Part shown: positions 47,957 to 58,170 of the stretch, in pieces
Layout of the letters: each line of letters opens with the position of its first letter
How positions within the stretch are numbered: the stretch's first letter is position 1
NCBI GenBank assembly: GCA_016199085.1
Contig: JACQHJ010000001.1
Location: 3,334 to 67,333, forward strand
Length of the DNA: 64,000 nucleotides
Reading direction: 5' to 3'
Origin: Candidatus Levyibacteriota bacterium
GTDB lineage: Bacteria > Patescibacteriota > Microgenomatia > Levybacterales > UBA12049
Notes under the pieces: model-generated
The model's database searches: none
The model's input: the letters and a program-made list of their open reading frames with translations, nothing else
What the model was told of the DNA's origin: nothing
Translations under genes and position numbers: made by a program

Positions 47957-48279
47957 GGACTTAATTCGCCTCCTACAGATTCCCGAGCACTATTTGTTCC
48001 TTCATTGGATTCTGTAACGGTTGGCGTGGGAAGCGGTGAAAGGCCTTGTTCCACTTGATCTTCTGAGACTTCAAAGGTATAGCTTGGTTCAATAATCTCT
48101 CTTTTTTTAAGTTCTTCAATAGTTTTCAAATCAAAATCAGGGTTTATAAAAAGAATTTGTTTGTTTACATCTTGGGGGATGGTGGAAGTCCTAAAACTAT
48201 GGTAAATGTTAAAAACAACCCATAGGATTACAACAATAACTAGGGGAACCAATAATATTAAAACGTCTTTTCTTTTCAT
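47953..48279 (-). CDS. small membrane-anchored protein (possible PilP-like)
   Basis: TM anchor and an acidic soluble tail. Overlaps its neighbours by 4 nt. Confidence 0.35.
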   Translation of the reverse strand: MKRKDVLILLVPLVIVVILWVVFNIYHSFRTSTIPQDVNKQILFINPDFDLKTIEELKKREIIEPSYTFEVSEDQVEQGLSPLPTPTVTESNEGTNSARESVGGELSP

Positions 48280-48285
48280 ATAAAA

Positions 48286-48897
48286 TTACTCTTTATAAAA
48301 TACTTTTCCTTGTAAATTAAATTGCAATGAATTATCAAAAGCAGACATGTTTATACTGATGTTTGAAACATCGGTAACTCTTTGCATATTTTCAACTTTT
48401 TCTAAAAATGCCAATGCATTTTCTATTGTTCCTTTAGCGGTAATATTGAAAGTATAGTAGTAAAAATCTCCCTTTTTTGAATAAACGATATTTGATGCTT
48501 GAATACTGACAAGTTTCATAGAACTATTTACTACAAGAGTTTGTAATTGTCCTGTAATTTTTGGTGCCTCCGTGTTTTTAGGAACTGTTTCATAAATAAT
48601 CGGAAGATCGTCTTGTATACTGTTATATTTTGTTTGTAAAACCGAAAGATTATTAATTTTCTGCTCAAGTCTGTCGCTAACGAATTTCGCGTCCTCAAGT
48701 TGTTTTTGCAAGTTTGCGATGGTAGAAAGGGTCGGATTAATGGCAAAAAGTGCAAGGATAATAATTGCAATAAGAGTTAAAACAACTGTTGTAAACTTCT
48801 GGGCTTTTTCTTTTTTAAAGTCTGGAATAAGCTCCAAATATTTACTGTATTTCTCTTTATTCGCCTTTTTAAATAATTTATTAATTATTGTCTTCAT
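48286..48897 (-). CDS. PilO-like type IV pilus assembly protein
   Basis: Short cytoplasmic N-terminus, one TM, a coiled coil (IANLQKQLEDAKFVSDRLEQKINNL), then a beta-rich domain. It is paired with the PilN-like gene. Confidence 0.5.
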   Translation of the reverse strand: MKTIINKLFKKANKEKYSKYLELIPDFKKEKAQKFTTVVLTLIAIIILALFAINPTLSTIANLQKQLEDAKFVSDRLEQKINNLSVLQTKYNSIQDDLPIIYETVPKNTEAPKITGQLQTLVVNSSMKLVSIQASNIVYSKKGDFYYYTFNITAKGTIENALAFLEKVENMQRVTDVSNISINMSAFDNSLQFNLQGKVFYKE

Positions 48898-49444
48898 ATT
48901 CGCTTGCTATTGGTTTTAGTTTAGCCGTGATGTTAATTACAATTATGGCACTACTTGTTTTTGTTTCAATTTTCCCTATACTGACGCTTTCGATGTTTTC
49001 ATATGTTTTTAGCTTATTCGTGAAGCTGCTGAGAGCTGCAACTGAGTCGGCATTTATTTCTATAGCTATAGAATCAGAAGAAAGAGAAACTTTAGTAAAA
49101 TTAATTCCTGGTTCCGCAAGGTTTAAAATATCTTTATAAATCTGTATTTTTTTTGCTCCTATCTGGGAGAAGTTTTGGGCAATAGACAGTCTGTCTTGTA
49201 AATTGCGATATTCGTCTTCCTGTTTTTTAAATGCTACTACAATAGCCTGTTTTTGTTTTATCTTAGTATGAAGATCAACGAGTTGCTGGTCGAGGCCGAA
49301 TCTCCAAAGAAACGCACCCAAAGCGATAAGCTCGGTGATAATGATTAAAACCCTTCCTACGCTTAAGGCCCAATTGATAATTCTTTCAAATAAATCACTC
49401 TTTTGGTCTTTGACTAAATTTATGGAAACAAAGCGTTTTGCCAT
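48881..49444 (-). CDS. PilN-like type IV pilus assembly protein
   Basis: N-terminal RFVSINLVKDQ (PilN starts ..INLLP..), one TM, a coiled coil, and a C-terminus IAIEINADSVAALSSFTNKLKTYENIESVSIGKIE typical of PilN. Confidence 0.55.
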   Translation of the reverse strand: MAKRFVSINLVKDQKSDLFERIINWALSVGRVLIIITELIALGAFLWRFGLDQQLVDLHTKIKQKQAIVVAFKKQEDEYRNLQDRLSIAQNFSQIGAKKIQIYKDILNLAEPGINFTKVSLSSDSIAIEINADSVAALSSFTNKLKTYENIESVSIGKIETKTSSAIIVINITAKLKPIASEYEDNN

Positions 49445-49491
49445 GCTAAATTTAGTCTAGGGGTTTTTGAGCTTTTTGTCAAAAGAAAAAG

Positions 49492-49788
49492 TTACTTTTT
49501 AGCCTTGGAAGATCTGGTTTTTGGAGTTTTCGGGGCAACCTTTTTCTTTGGCGCTGTTTTTATAAGTTTTGAGAGTCTTGATTTGATTCTGGCAGCTTTG
49601 TTTTTATGAATAAGCTTATTTTTGGCAATTTTATCGGTTAGTTGCACTGCTTTTCTGACAGCCTCGGATGACGGTTTTTTAATGGCTTGGCTTACTGCTT
49701 TTTTAAATTTTGCCTTAAGTAGAGAATTTCTTTGTGTTCTAATTTTGTCTTTTCTTAACTTTTTCTTAGCTGATTTTATTACTGGCAT
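49492..49788 (-). CDS. rpsT: 30S ribosomal protein S20 with Lys-rich C-terminal extension
   Basis: MPVIKSAKKKLRKDKIRTQRNSLLKAKFKKAV... matches the S20 N-terminus. Confidence 0.75.
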   Translation of the reverse strand: MPVIKSAKKKLRKDKIRTQRNSLLKAKFKKAVSQAIKKPSSEAVRKAVQLTDKIAKNKLIHKNKAARIKSRLSKLIKTAPKKKVAPKTPKTRSSKAKK

Positions 49789-49827
49789 GGCGCTATTTTA
49801 GCATGTTATACTGTATAAAACAACACT

Positions 49828-51495
49828 ATGCCGAAAGATTTTTTGAAAAAAAGTATAAGTCTTATCCTCCAGAGACAAAATAATATTTTATCCGCAGCCT
49901 TCGTCATAATGGCAACAATTATTTTTTCCCAAGTTTTGGGTCTTATAAGACAAAGACTTTTAGCAAGTATTTTCGGCGCATCTAATACTTTGGGTATCTA
50001 TTTTGCGTCTTCAAAAATGCCTGAATTTTTGTTTCAGCTTATTATTGCAGGAGCGCTTTCATCTGCTTTTATTCCTGTTTTTTCTGATTTTTTGGCCAAA
50101 GGAAAAGAAAAAGAGGCTCATAATGTCGCTTCAACTTTACTTGCACTTAGTCTTATTATTTTTTGTATTTTTGCCGTTTTTTTATTTATCTTTGCTCATG
50201 GTATTTCAGCAATCCTTGCTCCCGGATTTAGTCCCGAGCAGCTTGACTTAATGACTAGTCTTACAAGAATTATTATTTTTGGAGAAATAATCTTTATCGT
50301 TGGAAGCTTTCTTTCTGCCATGCTTCAATCTTATAACCATTTTTTTATTCCCGGTATCGCATCTTCACTTTATAACCTTGGGATAATCTTAAGCATCCTT
50401 TTTCTACATGAAACCTTTGGTATTTATTCGGCTGCATATGGAGTAATCTTGGGTGCTCTGATTTTTGTTTTAGCTCAGGTTCCGCTTATCAGAAAACTCG
50501 GTTTTTCTTTTAGGCCGACACTTTCTTTGGATTTTATTAAAAATAGCGCGGTAATGGATATTTTTAAGTTAATTTGGCCAAGGACGCTTTCGATTGCCAT
50601 TTTTCAACTGGGGACTTTGGTAACGGTTACTCTTGTATCTTACCTGCAAAATCCGGGAAGAAATTATGTAATTTTGGACTTTGCCCAAACCCTTGCTTTT
50701 GCGCCGGTTGCATTAATAGGACAGTCAATTGCCCAGGCGGCATTTCCGGTTTTATCTAAAGAAAAAGACAGACTTTCTGATTTTAAAGTGACATTTATGA
50801 CGAGTTTTACCCAGCTTTTATATTTAATCCTTCCCATCTCAATACTCCTTCTTGTATTAAGAATTCCTCTTGTAAGACTGGTTTACGGAGCATCGGCCTT
50901 TGACTGGGACGCTACGGTTTTAACCGGAAGGACTCTGGCATTTTTCAGTATTTCTTTGTTTGCCCAAGCTCTTTCATATCTAACTTCAAGAGGATTCTAT
51001 GCACTACATGATACAAAAACGCCGCTTGTAATCGGAGCAATCACCACATTTTTAATGATTATAACAAGTGCTATCTTTATTTTTGTCTATCAGTTTGGCA
51101 TAGAAAGTATAGCTTTGGCTTTTTCGATTGGTTCAATATTAAATTTCTTAATTATGTTTATATTTTTGGATATTAAAGTCGGAGGATTTGATAAGAAAAC
51201 TTTTCTTATCAATATGTCAAAAATCTCCCTTGCCTCGTTTTTCACCGCTTTTGCTTTATATGTCCCGATAAAACTTTTAGATCAATTAGTCTTTGATACC
51301 ACCAAAACAGTTAACCTCATTCTTTTAACTGGAATATCAAGCTTTATCGGACTTTCTCTGTATCTTTTCTTAACCTGGCTTTTTAATGTTAAGGAAGCAA
51401 CCATGTTTGTACTTCTATTTAAAAGAATTGGAGATTGGAGACAGATTCTTAAAAAGAGTGAAGAGACAATTGACGGAACAAGACTTAACCCGTAG
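49828..51495 (+). CDS. murJ: lipid II flippase MurJ (MviN)
   Basis: 14-TM MOP-superfamily profile. N-terminal region LGLIRQRLLASIFGASNTLGIYFASSKMPEFLFQLIIAGALSSAFIPVFS. Confidence 0.9.
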   Translation: MPKDFLKKSISLILQRQNNILSAAFVIMATIIFSQVLGLIRQRLLASIFGASNTLGIYFASSKMPEFLFQLIIAGALSSAFIPVFSDFLAKGKEKEAHNVASTLLALSLIIFCIFAVFLFIFAHGISAILAPGFSPEQLDLMTSLTRIIIFGEIIFIVGSFLSAMLQSYNHFFIPGIASSLYNLGIILSILFLHETFGIYSAAYGVILGALIFVLAQVPLIRKLGFSFRPTLSLDFIKNSAVMDIFKLIWPRTLSIAIFQLGTLVTVTLVSYLQNPGRNYVILDFAQTLAFAPVALIGQSIAQAAFPVLSKEKDRLSDFKVTFMTSFTQLLYLILPISILLLVLRIPLVRLVYGASAFDWDATVLTGRTLAFFSISLFAQALSYLTSRGFYALHDTKTPLVIGAITTFLMIITSAIFIFVYQFGIESIALAFSIGSILNFLIMFIFLDIKVGGFDKKTFLINMSKISLASFFTAFALYVPIKLLDQLVFDTTKTVNLILLTGISSFIGLSLYLFLTWLFNVKEATMFVLLFKRIGDWRQILKKSEETIDGTRLNP

Positions 51496-51506
51496 AATAC
51501 GCTTCT

Positions 51507-53231
51507 ATGCAATATCAACAGATTCGTAACTTCGCCATCATTGCCCATGTTGACCATGGCAAATCAACTCTTGCAGATAGATTTCTGGAAATTACCAATA
51601 CCATTGGCAAAGACAAGCTCAAAGAGCAGTTTTTGGATCAAAGTCCAATTTCAAGAGAACGCGGTATTACGATAAAACTGGCACCTGTAAGGATGAAGTA
51701 TAAACTTTGGGAAAAAGAATATACCCTTGATTTAATCGATACTCCGGGTCACATGGATTTTTCCTATGAAGTATCAAGAACTTTAGCAGCGTGCGAAGGA
51801 GCTATACTTTTGGTTGATGCAACAAAAGGGATTCAGGCTCAAACAGTTGCCCATTTTAATGCGGCTAAAAAAGAAAATCTAAAACTAATTGCCGTGGTAA
51901 ACAAAATTGATCTTGATAGTGCCAATACAAAAGAAGTTACAAAAGATATAGTTGAATTGTTTGGATTTAAAGAGGAAGAAGTTCATTTTGTAAGCGCAAA
52001 AACAGGAGAAAACGTAGATAAACTTTTGCAAGCAGTTGTAGAAAAAATTCCACCTCCAAAAGTTTCTGAAAACGATCCTTTCAGGGCCTTGGTTTTTGAC
52101 GCTATCTTCGATGAACATAGGGGCGTAATTATTTTTATTAAAGTTGTTGGCGGAAGGGTTAAAAAACACGACCAGATTGAATTTATTCAAAGTAAAACCA
52201 AAGTTTTGGTTTCAGAAGTTGGCTTTTTCTCTCCCAGTCTTATAGGAAAAGAAGAACTGAGTGAGGGCGAAATTGGCTATGTCGTAACAGGTATTAAAGA
52301 CATTAGGCTTACAAGAGTAGGAGATACACTTAGATTCTTAGGATCAAACGTCTCTCCTTTAACAGGTTACGATATGCCAAAACCAATGGTTTTTTTCGGG
52401 GTTTATCCCAAATCCTCTAATGAATACGTCCACCTAAGAGAGGCTTTAAATAAACTTGCCTTAAACGATGGTTCTCTTACTGTTACAAACGAATATTCGG
52501 CATTTTTGGGAAGCGGTTTTAGGGTAGGATTCTTAGGACTCTTGCACGCTGAAATTGTTAAGGAAAGATTAAACCAGGAGCAAAACATAAACCCTCTTTT
52601 AACAATGCCAAGAGTTTTATACAAAGAAGAAAACGGTGAAATGCTCGAGCCCTATATGAACCTTTCTATTTTTGTTCCGGCAGATTATGTAGGAGCTGTT
52701 TTAACCGTTGCCCAAAACAAACGAGGAACACTACTTGATATGTCATATCACAAGCAAAATGCCATTTTAAAATATGAAATGCCATATTCAATGTTTATAA
52801 GAGGACTTTCTTCAGATCTTAAAAGCGTTTCTTCGGGTTTTGCAAGCTTGGATTACGAAATTTTGGGATATAAAAAAGCTGACCTTGTAAAAATGGATAT
52901 TTTGATAAACGACAATATAATCGATGTTTTATCAGAGCTTGTTTATAGTGACGAAGCTGTTTTTGTAGCCAGGGAAAGAATAGCAAAATTAAAAGAAAAT
53001 CTGCCAAAACAGCAGTATAAACAGGTAATCCAAGCAGCTATCGGTGCAAAAATTTTGGCAAGAACAGAAATTTCCCCTTTTCGAAAAGACGTTTTAGCAA
53101 AGATGTCAGGAGGAGATAGAACAAGAAAAGATAAGCTTTTGGAAGCACAGAAAAAAGGAAAATCAAAACTTATTAATATTTCTAAGGTGGAAATTCCTCA
53201 AAAAGCGCTTTTATCAATGATTGAAAGCTAG
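51507..53231 (+). CDS. lepA: elongation factor 4 (LepA)
   Basis: IRNFAIIAHVDHGKSTL, DTPGHMDF and NKID G-motifs, plus the LepA-specific C-terminal domain. Confidence 0.93.
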   Translation: MQYQQIRNFAIIAHVDHGKSTLADRFLEITNTIGKDKLKEQFLDQSPISRERGITIKLAPVRMKYKLWEKEYTLDLIDTPGHMDFSYEVSRTLAACEGAILLVDATKGIQAQTVAHFNAAKKENLKLIAVVNKIDLDSANTKEVTKDIVELFGFKEEEVHFVSAKTGENVDKLLQAVVEKIPPPKVSENDPFRALVFDAIFDEHRGVIIFIKVVGGRVKKHDQIEFIQSKTKVLVSEVGFFSPSLIGKEELSEGEIGYVVTGIKDIRLTRVGDTLRFLGSNVSPLTGYDMPKPMVFFGVYPKSSNEYVHLREALNKLALNDGSLTVTNEYSAFLGSGFRVGFLGLLHAEIVKERLNQEQNINPLLTMPRVLYKEENGEMLEPYMNLSIFVPADYVGAVLTVAQNKRGTLLDMSYHKQNAILKYEMPYSMFIRGLSSDLKSVSSGFASLDYEILGYKKADLVKMDILINDNIIDVLSELVYSDEAVFVARERIAKLKENLPKQQYKQVIQAAIGAKILARTEISPFRKDVLAKMSGGDRTRKDKLLEAQKKGKSKLINISKVEIPQKALLSMIES

Positions 53232-54664
53232 AGCGCCAGAAGAAGTATAGCTCCGATAAAGGCCATTAGCACTCCGATTGCACCAATTGTGATAAGTTCG
53301 GTTGGTCCTGTTGGTGGTAGAGGTGAAGGACTTGCAATAGACTCGGTTGGGGAAGCTTCGCTTCCTCCCTCGACGGTAACTTTGGCAGTACATGTTCCAG
53401 TCGCGCTTACCTTACCATTTTCATCGGTAATAGTTGCAACGGCATTAAATGTTCCTGAAGTTGCGTAAGTATGGGAAACCAAAACGCTTACAGAATTTGT
53501 TCCTACCCCTCCCGCATCCGTTACTTCCTGAGTTTGTCCGTCTCCAAACGTAAAACTGACTTTACTAATTGCAGCATCCGTACTTGATCCATTTGCAGTT
53601 AAATTAACTGAAAAAGGCGCTGTTCCGCTTGTCGCAGGATCAAGGTTAAGACTTGAGCAAGTTAGGGTTTCTGCCTGTCCTGCAGTTGTCGGAGTCGGAG
53701 TAAGGGTAAGTGTAGGAGAAGTTGTAACAGTAACAGTTGTTGATGCGGCTGTTATATTTATAGGCGTGGAACATCCTGGGGTTTGTAAACCCTGGTTGTC
53801 TGTTATTGTGGCAGATGCCGTGTAGCTTCCCGCTTTATCATATGTATGACCTGCTGAGGCTGTAGCAAGCGGAGTTCCATAACCTTCGGTCCCTTCCGCG
53901 CCATCAGATGGACTAATGTCTGTTCCGTCTCCGAAATCAATTTTTATACCCGCTACGCTTCCGTCATTGTCACTTCCAGTTGCGGTAAGTTTAACTGTGT
54001 ACGGCGCTTGTCCGCTTGTTGGCTTATCCAAAGAAAGATCCACGCAAACTGGTGCCTGTGAAGTCGTAGATTTTATATTAACAGAGCCTCCGGAAAGACC
54101 GGAAATAAGATTTGATCCGACTTCATCGGTATTAGTGGTTCCGCCTTGGGATATAAGTTGGCTTTGATTTCCGAATGTGACCTGAGTCGGAACATTTTCT
54201 TCTGTTGGAGCAATTGCCTTAAAAGTAACACTGGCTATTTTTGTTCTCGTTGTTAATACATTTTGTTGAGTTCCGCCGACAGACATAGCAACCGTTATCG
54301 TGCCGGGGCCGTAGTCAGGCCCTATGGGGATACTTGGAGTGAAAGTAGAGCCGTCAGCCGACGGCCATTGGGAAACAACAAAACTTCCCTCCATGGTTGC
54401 AAGCTTTGTTGAATCATACGACAGGACAAGCTTAACGTAGGAAATCTGGTTAATATTTGAGGGATCAATATAAATATCAAAGCTGACGTTTTCCCCTACA
54501 TTTTTTGTTTGGGGAGTGGGTAACATTGAAAGCGTGGTCGCAGCTTCTGCCGCGGATCTTGTTCTTTGCTGCTGACCCACTAAATACACGGTAACGGGAA
54601 TTGCGATTAGAAGCACAATGATAAAGCCAAAGAACAAAAGTTTTTTGCCCGATAACAACGACAT
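53228..54664 (-). CDS. sortase-anchored surface protein (LPPTG) with PKD/Ig-like repeats
   Basis: Signal anchor, TVTVTTSPTLTLTPTPT repeats, and a C-terminus ...ASPSPLPPTGPTELITIGAIGVLMAFIGAILLLAL. Confidence 0.75.
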   Translation of the reverse strand: MSLLSGKKLLFFGFIIVLLIAIPVTVYLVGQQQRTRSAAEAATTLSMLPTPQTKNVGENVSFDIYIDPSNINQISYVKLVLSYDSTKLATMEGSFVVSQWPSADGSTFTPSIPIGPDYGPGTITVAMSVGGTQQNVLTTRTKIASVTFKAIAPTEENVPTQVTFGNQSQLISQGGTTNTDEVGSNLISGLSGGSVNIKSTTSQAPVCVDLSLDKPTSGQAPYTVKLTATGSDNDGSVAGIKIDFGDGTDISPSDGAEGTEGYGTPLATASAGHTYDKAGSYTASATITDNQGLQTPGCSTPINITAASTTVTVTTSPTLTLTPTPTTAGQAETLTCSSLNLDPATSGTAPFSVNLTANGSSTDAAISKVSFTFGDGQTQEVTDAGGVGTNSVSVLVSHTYATSGTFNAVATITDENGKVSATGTCTAKVTVEGGSEASPTESIASPSPLPPTGPTELITIGAIGVLMAFIGAILLLAL

Positions 54665-54796
54665 ATTTTAGATTAACTTTATCGTATAGAAAATGCATCT
54701 TTGTGTCAAGGTTAAAAGCTTAAATATTGACATTAAAAAACTTTTACGTTAAAATCAAGCAGTCACTTACGAGGAGTGATATTTTTTAGGCAAAAT

Positions 54797-55093
54797 ATGT
54801 CAAAAATAAACATAAAACCACTATTTGATAACGTTTTAATAAAACCTCTTCAAGCTGAGGAAAAAACGGCTTCAGGCATTATCCTTCCCGACAGCGCCAA
54901 AGAAAAACCTCAAATGGGAGAAATTGTAGCTGTTGGAGAAGGCAAAATTACCCCCAAAGGAGATAAGGAGCCAATGGTTGTAAAGGTAGGACAAAAAGTA
55001 ATGTACAAAAAATGGGGAGGAGACGAAGCAAAAATGGGGAATCAGGAATATATACTCGTAAAACAAGGTGATATTCTAGCTGTTGTAAGTTAA
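54797..55093 (+). CDS. groES: co-chaperonin GroES
   Basis: [49 protein letters not shown] is GGAG. The start is assigned at 54797; the ORF track uses 54776. Confidence 0.93.
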   Translation: MSKINIKPLFDNVLIKPLQAEEKTASGIILPDSAKEKPQMGEIVAVGEGKITPKGDKEPMVVKVGQKVMYKKWGGDEAKMGNQEYILVKQGDILAVVS

Positions 55094-55094
55094 T

Positions 55095-56732
55095 ATGGCA
55101 AAACAAATATTATATTCAGAAGAAGCAAGAAGCAAATTACAAAGCGGTGTTGACCAGTTAGCTAAAGCTGTGGCGACGACACTTGGTCCTAAAGGAAGAA
55201 ATGTTGCAGTCGACAAAAAATGGGGAGCTCCAAGCGTAATCCACGACGGCGTAACCGTTGCCAAAGAGATAGAACTTAAGGATCCGTTTGAAAATATGGG
55301 GGCACAGCTTGTAAAAGAAGCAGCTTCCAAAACCGCAGACGTTGCCGGAGATGGGACGACAACCGCAACTGTTCTTGCCGCCTCAATTGTTGATGAGGGA
55401 ATTAAAAATATAACCGCAGGCGCAAATCCGATGCTTTTAAAAAGAGGATTAGAAGAAGCAAGCAGAGCAGTAGTTGAGTTTATTAAGGGCAGGGCAAAAA
55501 ATATTAATATCAAAAACGATGCCGAAATCTCTCAGGTTGCAACAATTTCAGCAGGCGACGAAGTAATCGGAAAGCTTGTTGCAGAAGCATTGCAAAAGGT
55601 GGGTAAAGACGGAGTCGTTTCGGTTGAAGAAGGAAGAGGCTTAACGACAGAAATCGAGTATAAAGAAGGAATGGAATTTGATAAAGGATATGCCAGTGCA
55701 TATTTTGTCACTAATCCAGACAGGATGGAAACCGAAGTAGAAGATCCCCATATTTTAATTACCGATAAAAAGTTATCCAATCTCCAAGAATTCGTTCCTT
55801 TTCTTGAAAACTTAGTTAAAGTTTCCAAAAATCTTGTTATTATTGCAGACGATGTTGAAGGAGAAGTTTTGGCGCTTTTGGTAGTAAACAAATTAAAAGG
55901 AATACTAAATACAGTTGCAATTAAAGCACCTGGATTTGGAGATCGAAGAAAAGAAATGTTAGAAGATATAGCAATTCTAACTGGGGCAACAGTAATTAGT
56001 GAGGACACGGGAAGAAAATTTGATTCAGTTACGGTTGAAGATTGTGGAAGAGCAGATAAGGTTTGGGCAGATAAGGAAAACACAAGAATAATCGGCGGAA
56101 AAGGAAGTAAGCAAGCTTTAACTGCAAGAGTCTCCCAGATTAAAAAAGCAATTGAAGCCTCAACATCCGATTTTGATAAAGAAAAACTTTCCGAAAGACT
56201 GGCAAAATTAGCTGGTGGAGTAGCCGTTATAAATGTCGGTGCCGCAACTGAAGTTGAGATGAAAGAGAAAAAAGAAAGAGTTATCGACGCAGTTGCCGCA
56301 ACAAAAGCAGCTCTAGAAGAAGGAATAGTAAGTGGCGGTGGAGTAGTTTTACTTGAAGCGATTAAAGCGTTAGAGCCAAAATTACTCAAAAATATTCCAG
56401 GTGAAGGTGACCAGGCAACAGGAGTGTCTATACTTAGAAAAGCCTTGGAAGCGCCAACCAGAAAACTTGCCGAGAATGCAGGAATCAACGGAGACGTGGT
56501 TATCGATAACATCGCAAAAAAAGAATCAGGTTTTGGATACAACGTACTTACAAACACATATGTAGATATGATAAAGATGGGTATTATAGATCCGGTAAAA
56601 GTAACCAGAAGCGCAGTTGAAAATGCTGTCTCGGTTGCGACAATGATACTTACGACAGAAAGCTTAGTAACTGATTTGCCTGATGAGAAGAAAGATGCTC
56701 CGGGAATGCCCCCAGGTGGAATGGATTACTAA
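55095..56732 (+). CDS. groEL: chaperonin GroEL
   Basis: [23 protein letters not shown], and a C-terminal GGM-like tail [10 protein letters not shown]. Confidence 0.96.
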   Translation: MAKQILYSEEARSKLQSGVDQLAKAVATTLGPKGRNVAVDKKWGAPSVIHDGVTVAKEIELKDPFENMGAQLVKEAASKTADVAGDGTTTATVLAASIVDEGIKNITAGANPMLLKRGLEEASRAVVEFIKGRAKNINIKNDAEISQVATISAGDEVIGKLVAEALQKVGKDGVVSVEEGRGLTTEIEYKEGMEFDKGYASAYFVTNPDRMETEVEDPHILITDKKLSNLQEFVPFLENLVKVSKNLVIIADDVEGEVLALLVVNKLKGILNTVAIKAPGFGDRRKEMLEDIAILTGATVISEDTGRKFDSVTVEDCGRADKVWADKENTRIIGGKGSKQALTARVSQIKKAIEASTSDFDKEKLSERLAKLAGGVAVINVGAATEVEMKEKKERVIDAVAATKAALEEGIVSGGGVVLLEAIKALEPKLLKNIPGEGDQATGVSILRKALEAPTRKLAENAGINGDVVIDNIAKKESGFGYNVLTNTYVDMIKMGIIDPVKVTRSAVENAVSVATMILTTESLVTDLPDEKKDAPGMPPGGMDY

Positions 56733-56793
56733 CTCCTTAAGTCTTTAAACTCTGCGGTTTTTTTATTTGATTTTTTAGGATATAATAAACCAC

Positions 56794-57633
56794 ATGAGAA
56801 AGTTGCTTTTCATTTTAGCTTGTTTTTTAATAGCTTTCTTAATCTTTGGTTTGGTAGTTTACCTTCTTGGCAAGCGTCCTGAAAAAGGAGCTTTGCAGAT
56901 TACTTCAAATCCTAAAGCCCAAGTTTATGTTGATTCCAAACTCGTCGGAGAAACACCGCTTTGTCTTTGCGAAGCAAAAGACATGTTAAACTCCGGAGAA
57001 TATACGATAAGACTTGTTCCAAAAGCAGGAAACTTTGAACCCTTCCAGAGAAAAATAACCATTAGCCCGAAAGTCCTAACAGTTGTCGATAGAACTTTTT
57101 CCCAGACTGCGCTTTCCCAAGCAAGTATAATTACGCTTGCCAAAATTGACGACAAAAACGACGCACAAATTTCAGTCATCTCATTTCCTACGGACGCACA
57201 AGTTTATCTAGACAGTGAGTTGGTTGGTCAAAGCCCTCTTCTTCTAAAAAACATTACCCAGTCTGATCATGAAGTAAAAGTTATTAGACAAGGTTATAAA
57301 GATAAAACAGTTAGAATAAAAACTGTTCTTGGATATAAACTGGAAACCGTAATCTATCTTGGTATTGATCCACAGATTGCAACCAGTTCTGCAACTTTAA
57401 TTTCTTCACCTTCGGCACAAACAGTTGCAACAGAGGAGAAAATAACAATCCTTAGTACTCCAACAGGATTTTTAAGAGTAAGGGAGACCCCAAATACAGC
57501 TGGTGCAGAAGTTGGCAGAGTCAATCCCGACGAAACCTACGATTTACTAGACGAACAAAGCGGTTGGTATAAAATTAAGCTTGAAAATGGGATAGAGGGT
57601 TGGGTAAGTGCTCAGTACGCTAAGAAACAATAA
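56794..57633 (+). CDS. membrane-anchored PEGA-domain / bacterial SH3 (SH3b) domain protein
   Basis: Two PEGA-like repeats (VYVDSKLVGETPL, VYLDSELVGQSPL) and a C-terminal SH3b-like domain (GFLRVRETPNTAGAEVGRV...GWYKIKLENGIEGWVSAQY). Confidence 0.7.
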   Translation: MRKLLFILACFLIAFLIFGLVVYLLGKRPEKGALQITSNPKAQVYVDSKLVGETPLCLCEAKDMLNSGEYTIRLVPKAGNFEPFQRKITISPKVLTVVDRTFSQTALSQASIITLAKIDDKNDAQISVISFPTDAQVYLDSELVGQSPLLLKNITQSDHEVKVIRQGYKDKTVRIKTVLGYKLETVIYLGIDPQIATSSATLISSPSAQTVATEEKITILSTPTGFLRVRETPNTAGAEVGRVNPDETYDLLDEQSGWYKIKLENGIEGWVSAQYAKKQ

Positions 57634-57643
57634 TCTCCATAAC

Positions 57644-58141
57644 TTACTTAATCTTGTTTAAAAATGAATCCATGTCTTTTGTATTTTTAAGAATAAAAAT
57701 TCTTTTTGTGTCTTTATGTTTACTCAAAATTTCTAATATTGTTTTTCTAGAAAAAAGTAAGCATTTTTTTATTAGCATAAAAGTTAATCTCTCTTTTAGA
57801 TACTCGGGCATATCGGGTCTGGTGGTTCCTCTATAGGAAAGTCTCCTTTTTAAAATACGATATAAAGATAACCATTTAGGTAGGTCAAGAAAGATAACCA
57901 CATCAGCGGAATTGATTCTTTTATCAAGTGTTCTTTTATAGTTTCCATCCATGATCCACTTTTCTCTATTAATAAATTCTTCAATTATCTTATCCCATTC
58001 TTCACGGCTGACCTGGATAAAATTCTTTTTATGAAAATATGTATCAAGATGGATAACGGGAAGATTTAGTTTCTTACCAAGTATTTTTGAAAACGTAGAT
58101 TTTCCTGATCCTGTATTACCAATTACGATTATTTTAAGCAC
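57644..58141 (-). CDS. P-loop NTPase (topology-modulation/adenylate-kinase-like AAA family)
   Basis: A Walker A motif GNTGSGKST within IIVIGNTGSGKSTFSKIL. 165 aa. Confidence 0.7.
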   Translation of the reverse strand: MLKIIVIGNTGSGKSTFSKILGKKLNLPVIHLDTYFHKKNFIQVSREEWDKIIEEFINREKWIMDGNYKRTLDKRINSADVVIFLDLPKWLSLYRILKRRLSYRGTTRPDMPEYLKERLTFMLIKKCLLFSRKTILEILSKHKDTKRIFILKNTKDMDSFLNKIK

Positions 58142-58170
58142 ATAAAGATTATATCAAAGTTAAAAAGCGA

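Noticed and set aside
55532-56557. 341-aa minus-strand ORF (plus 55076-55513 and 55510-55701) antisense to groEL
   Set aside because: It is an artefact of the codon bias of the highly expressed GroEL gene, which has long stop-free antisense frames. The product is low-complexity and A/S/T-rich, so it is not a gene.
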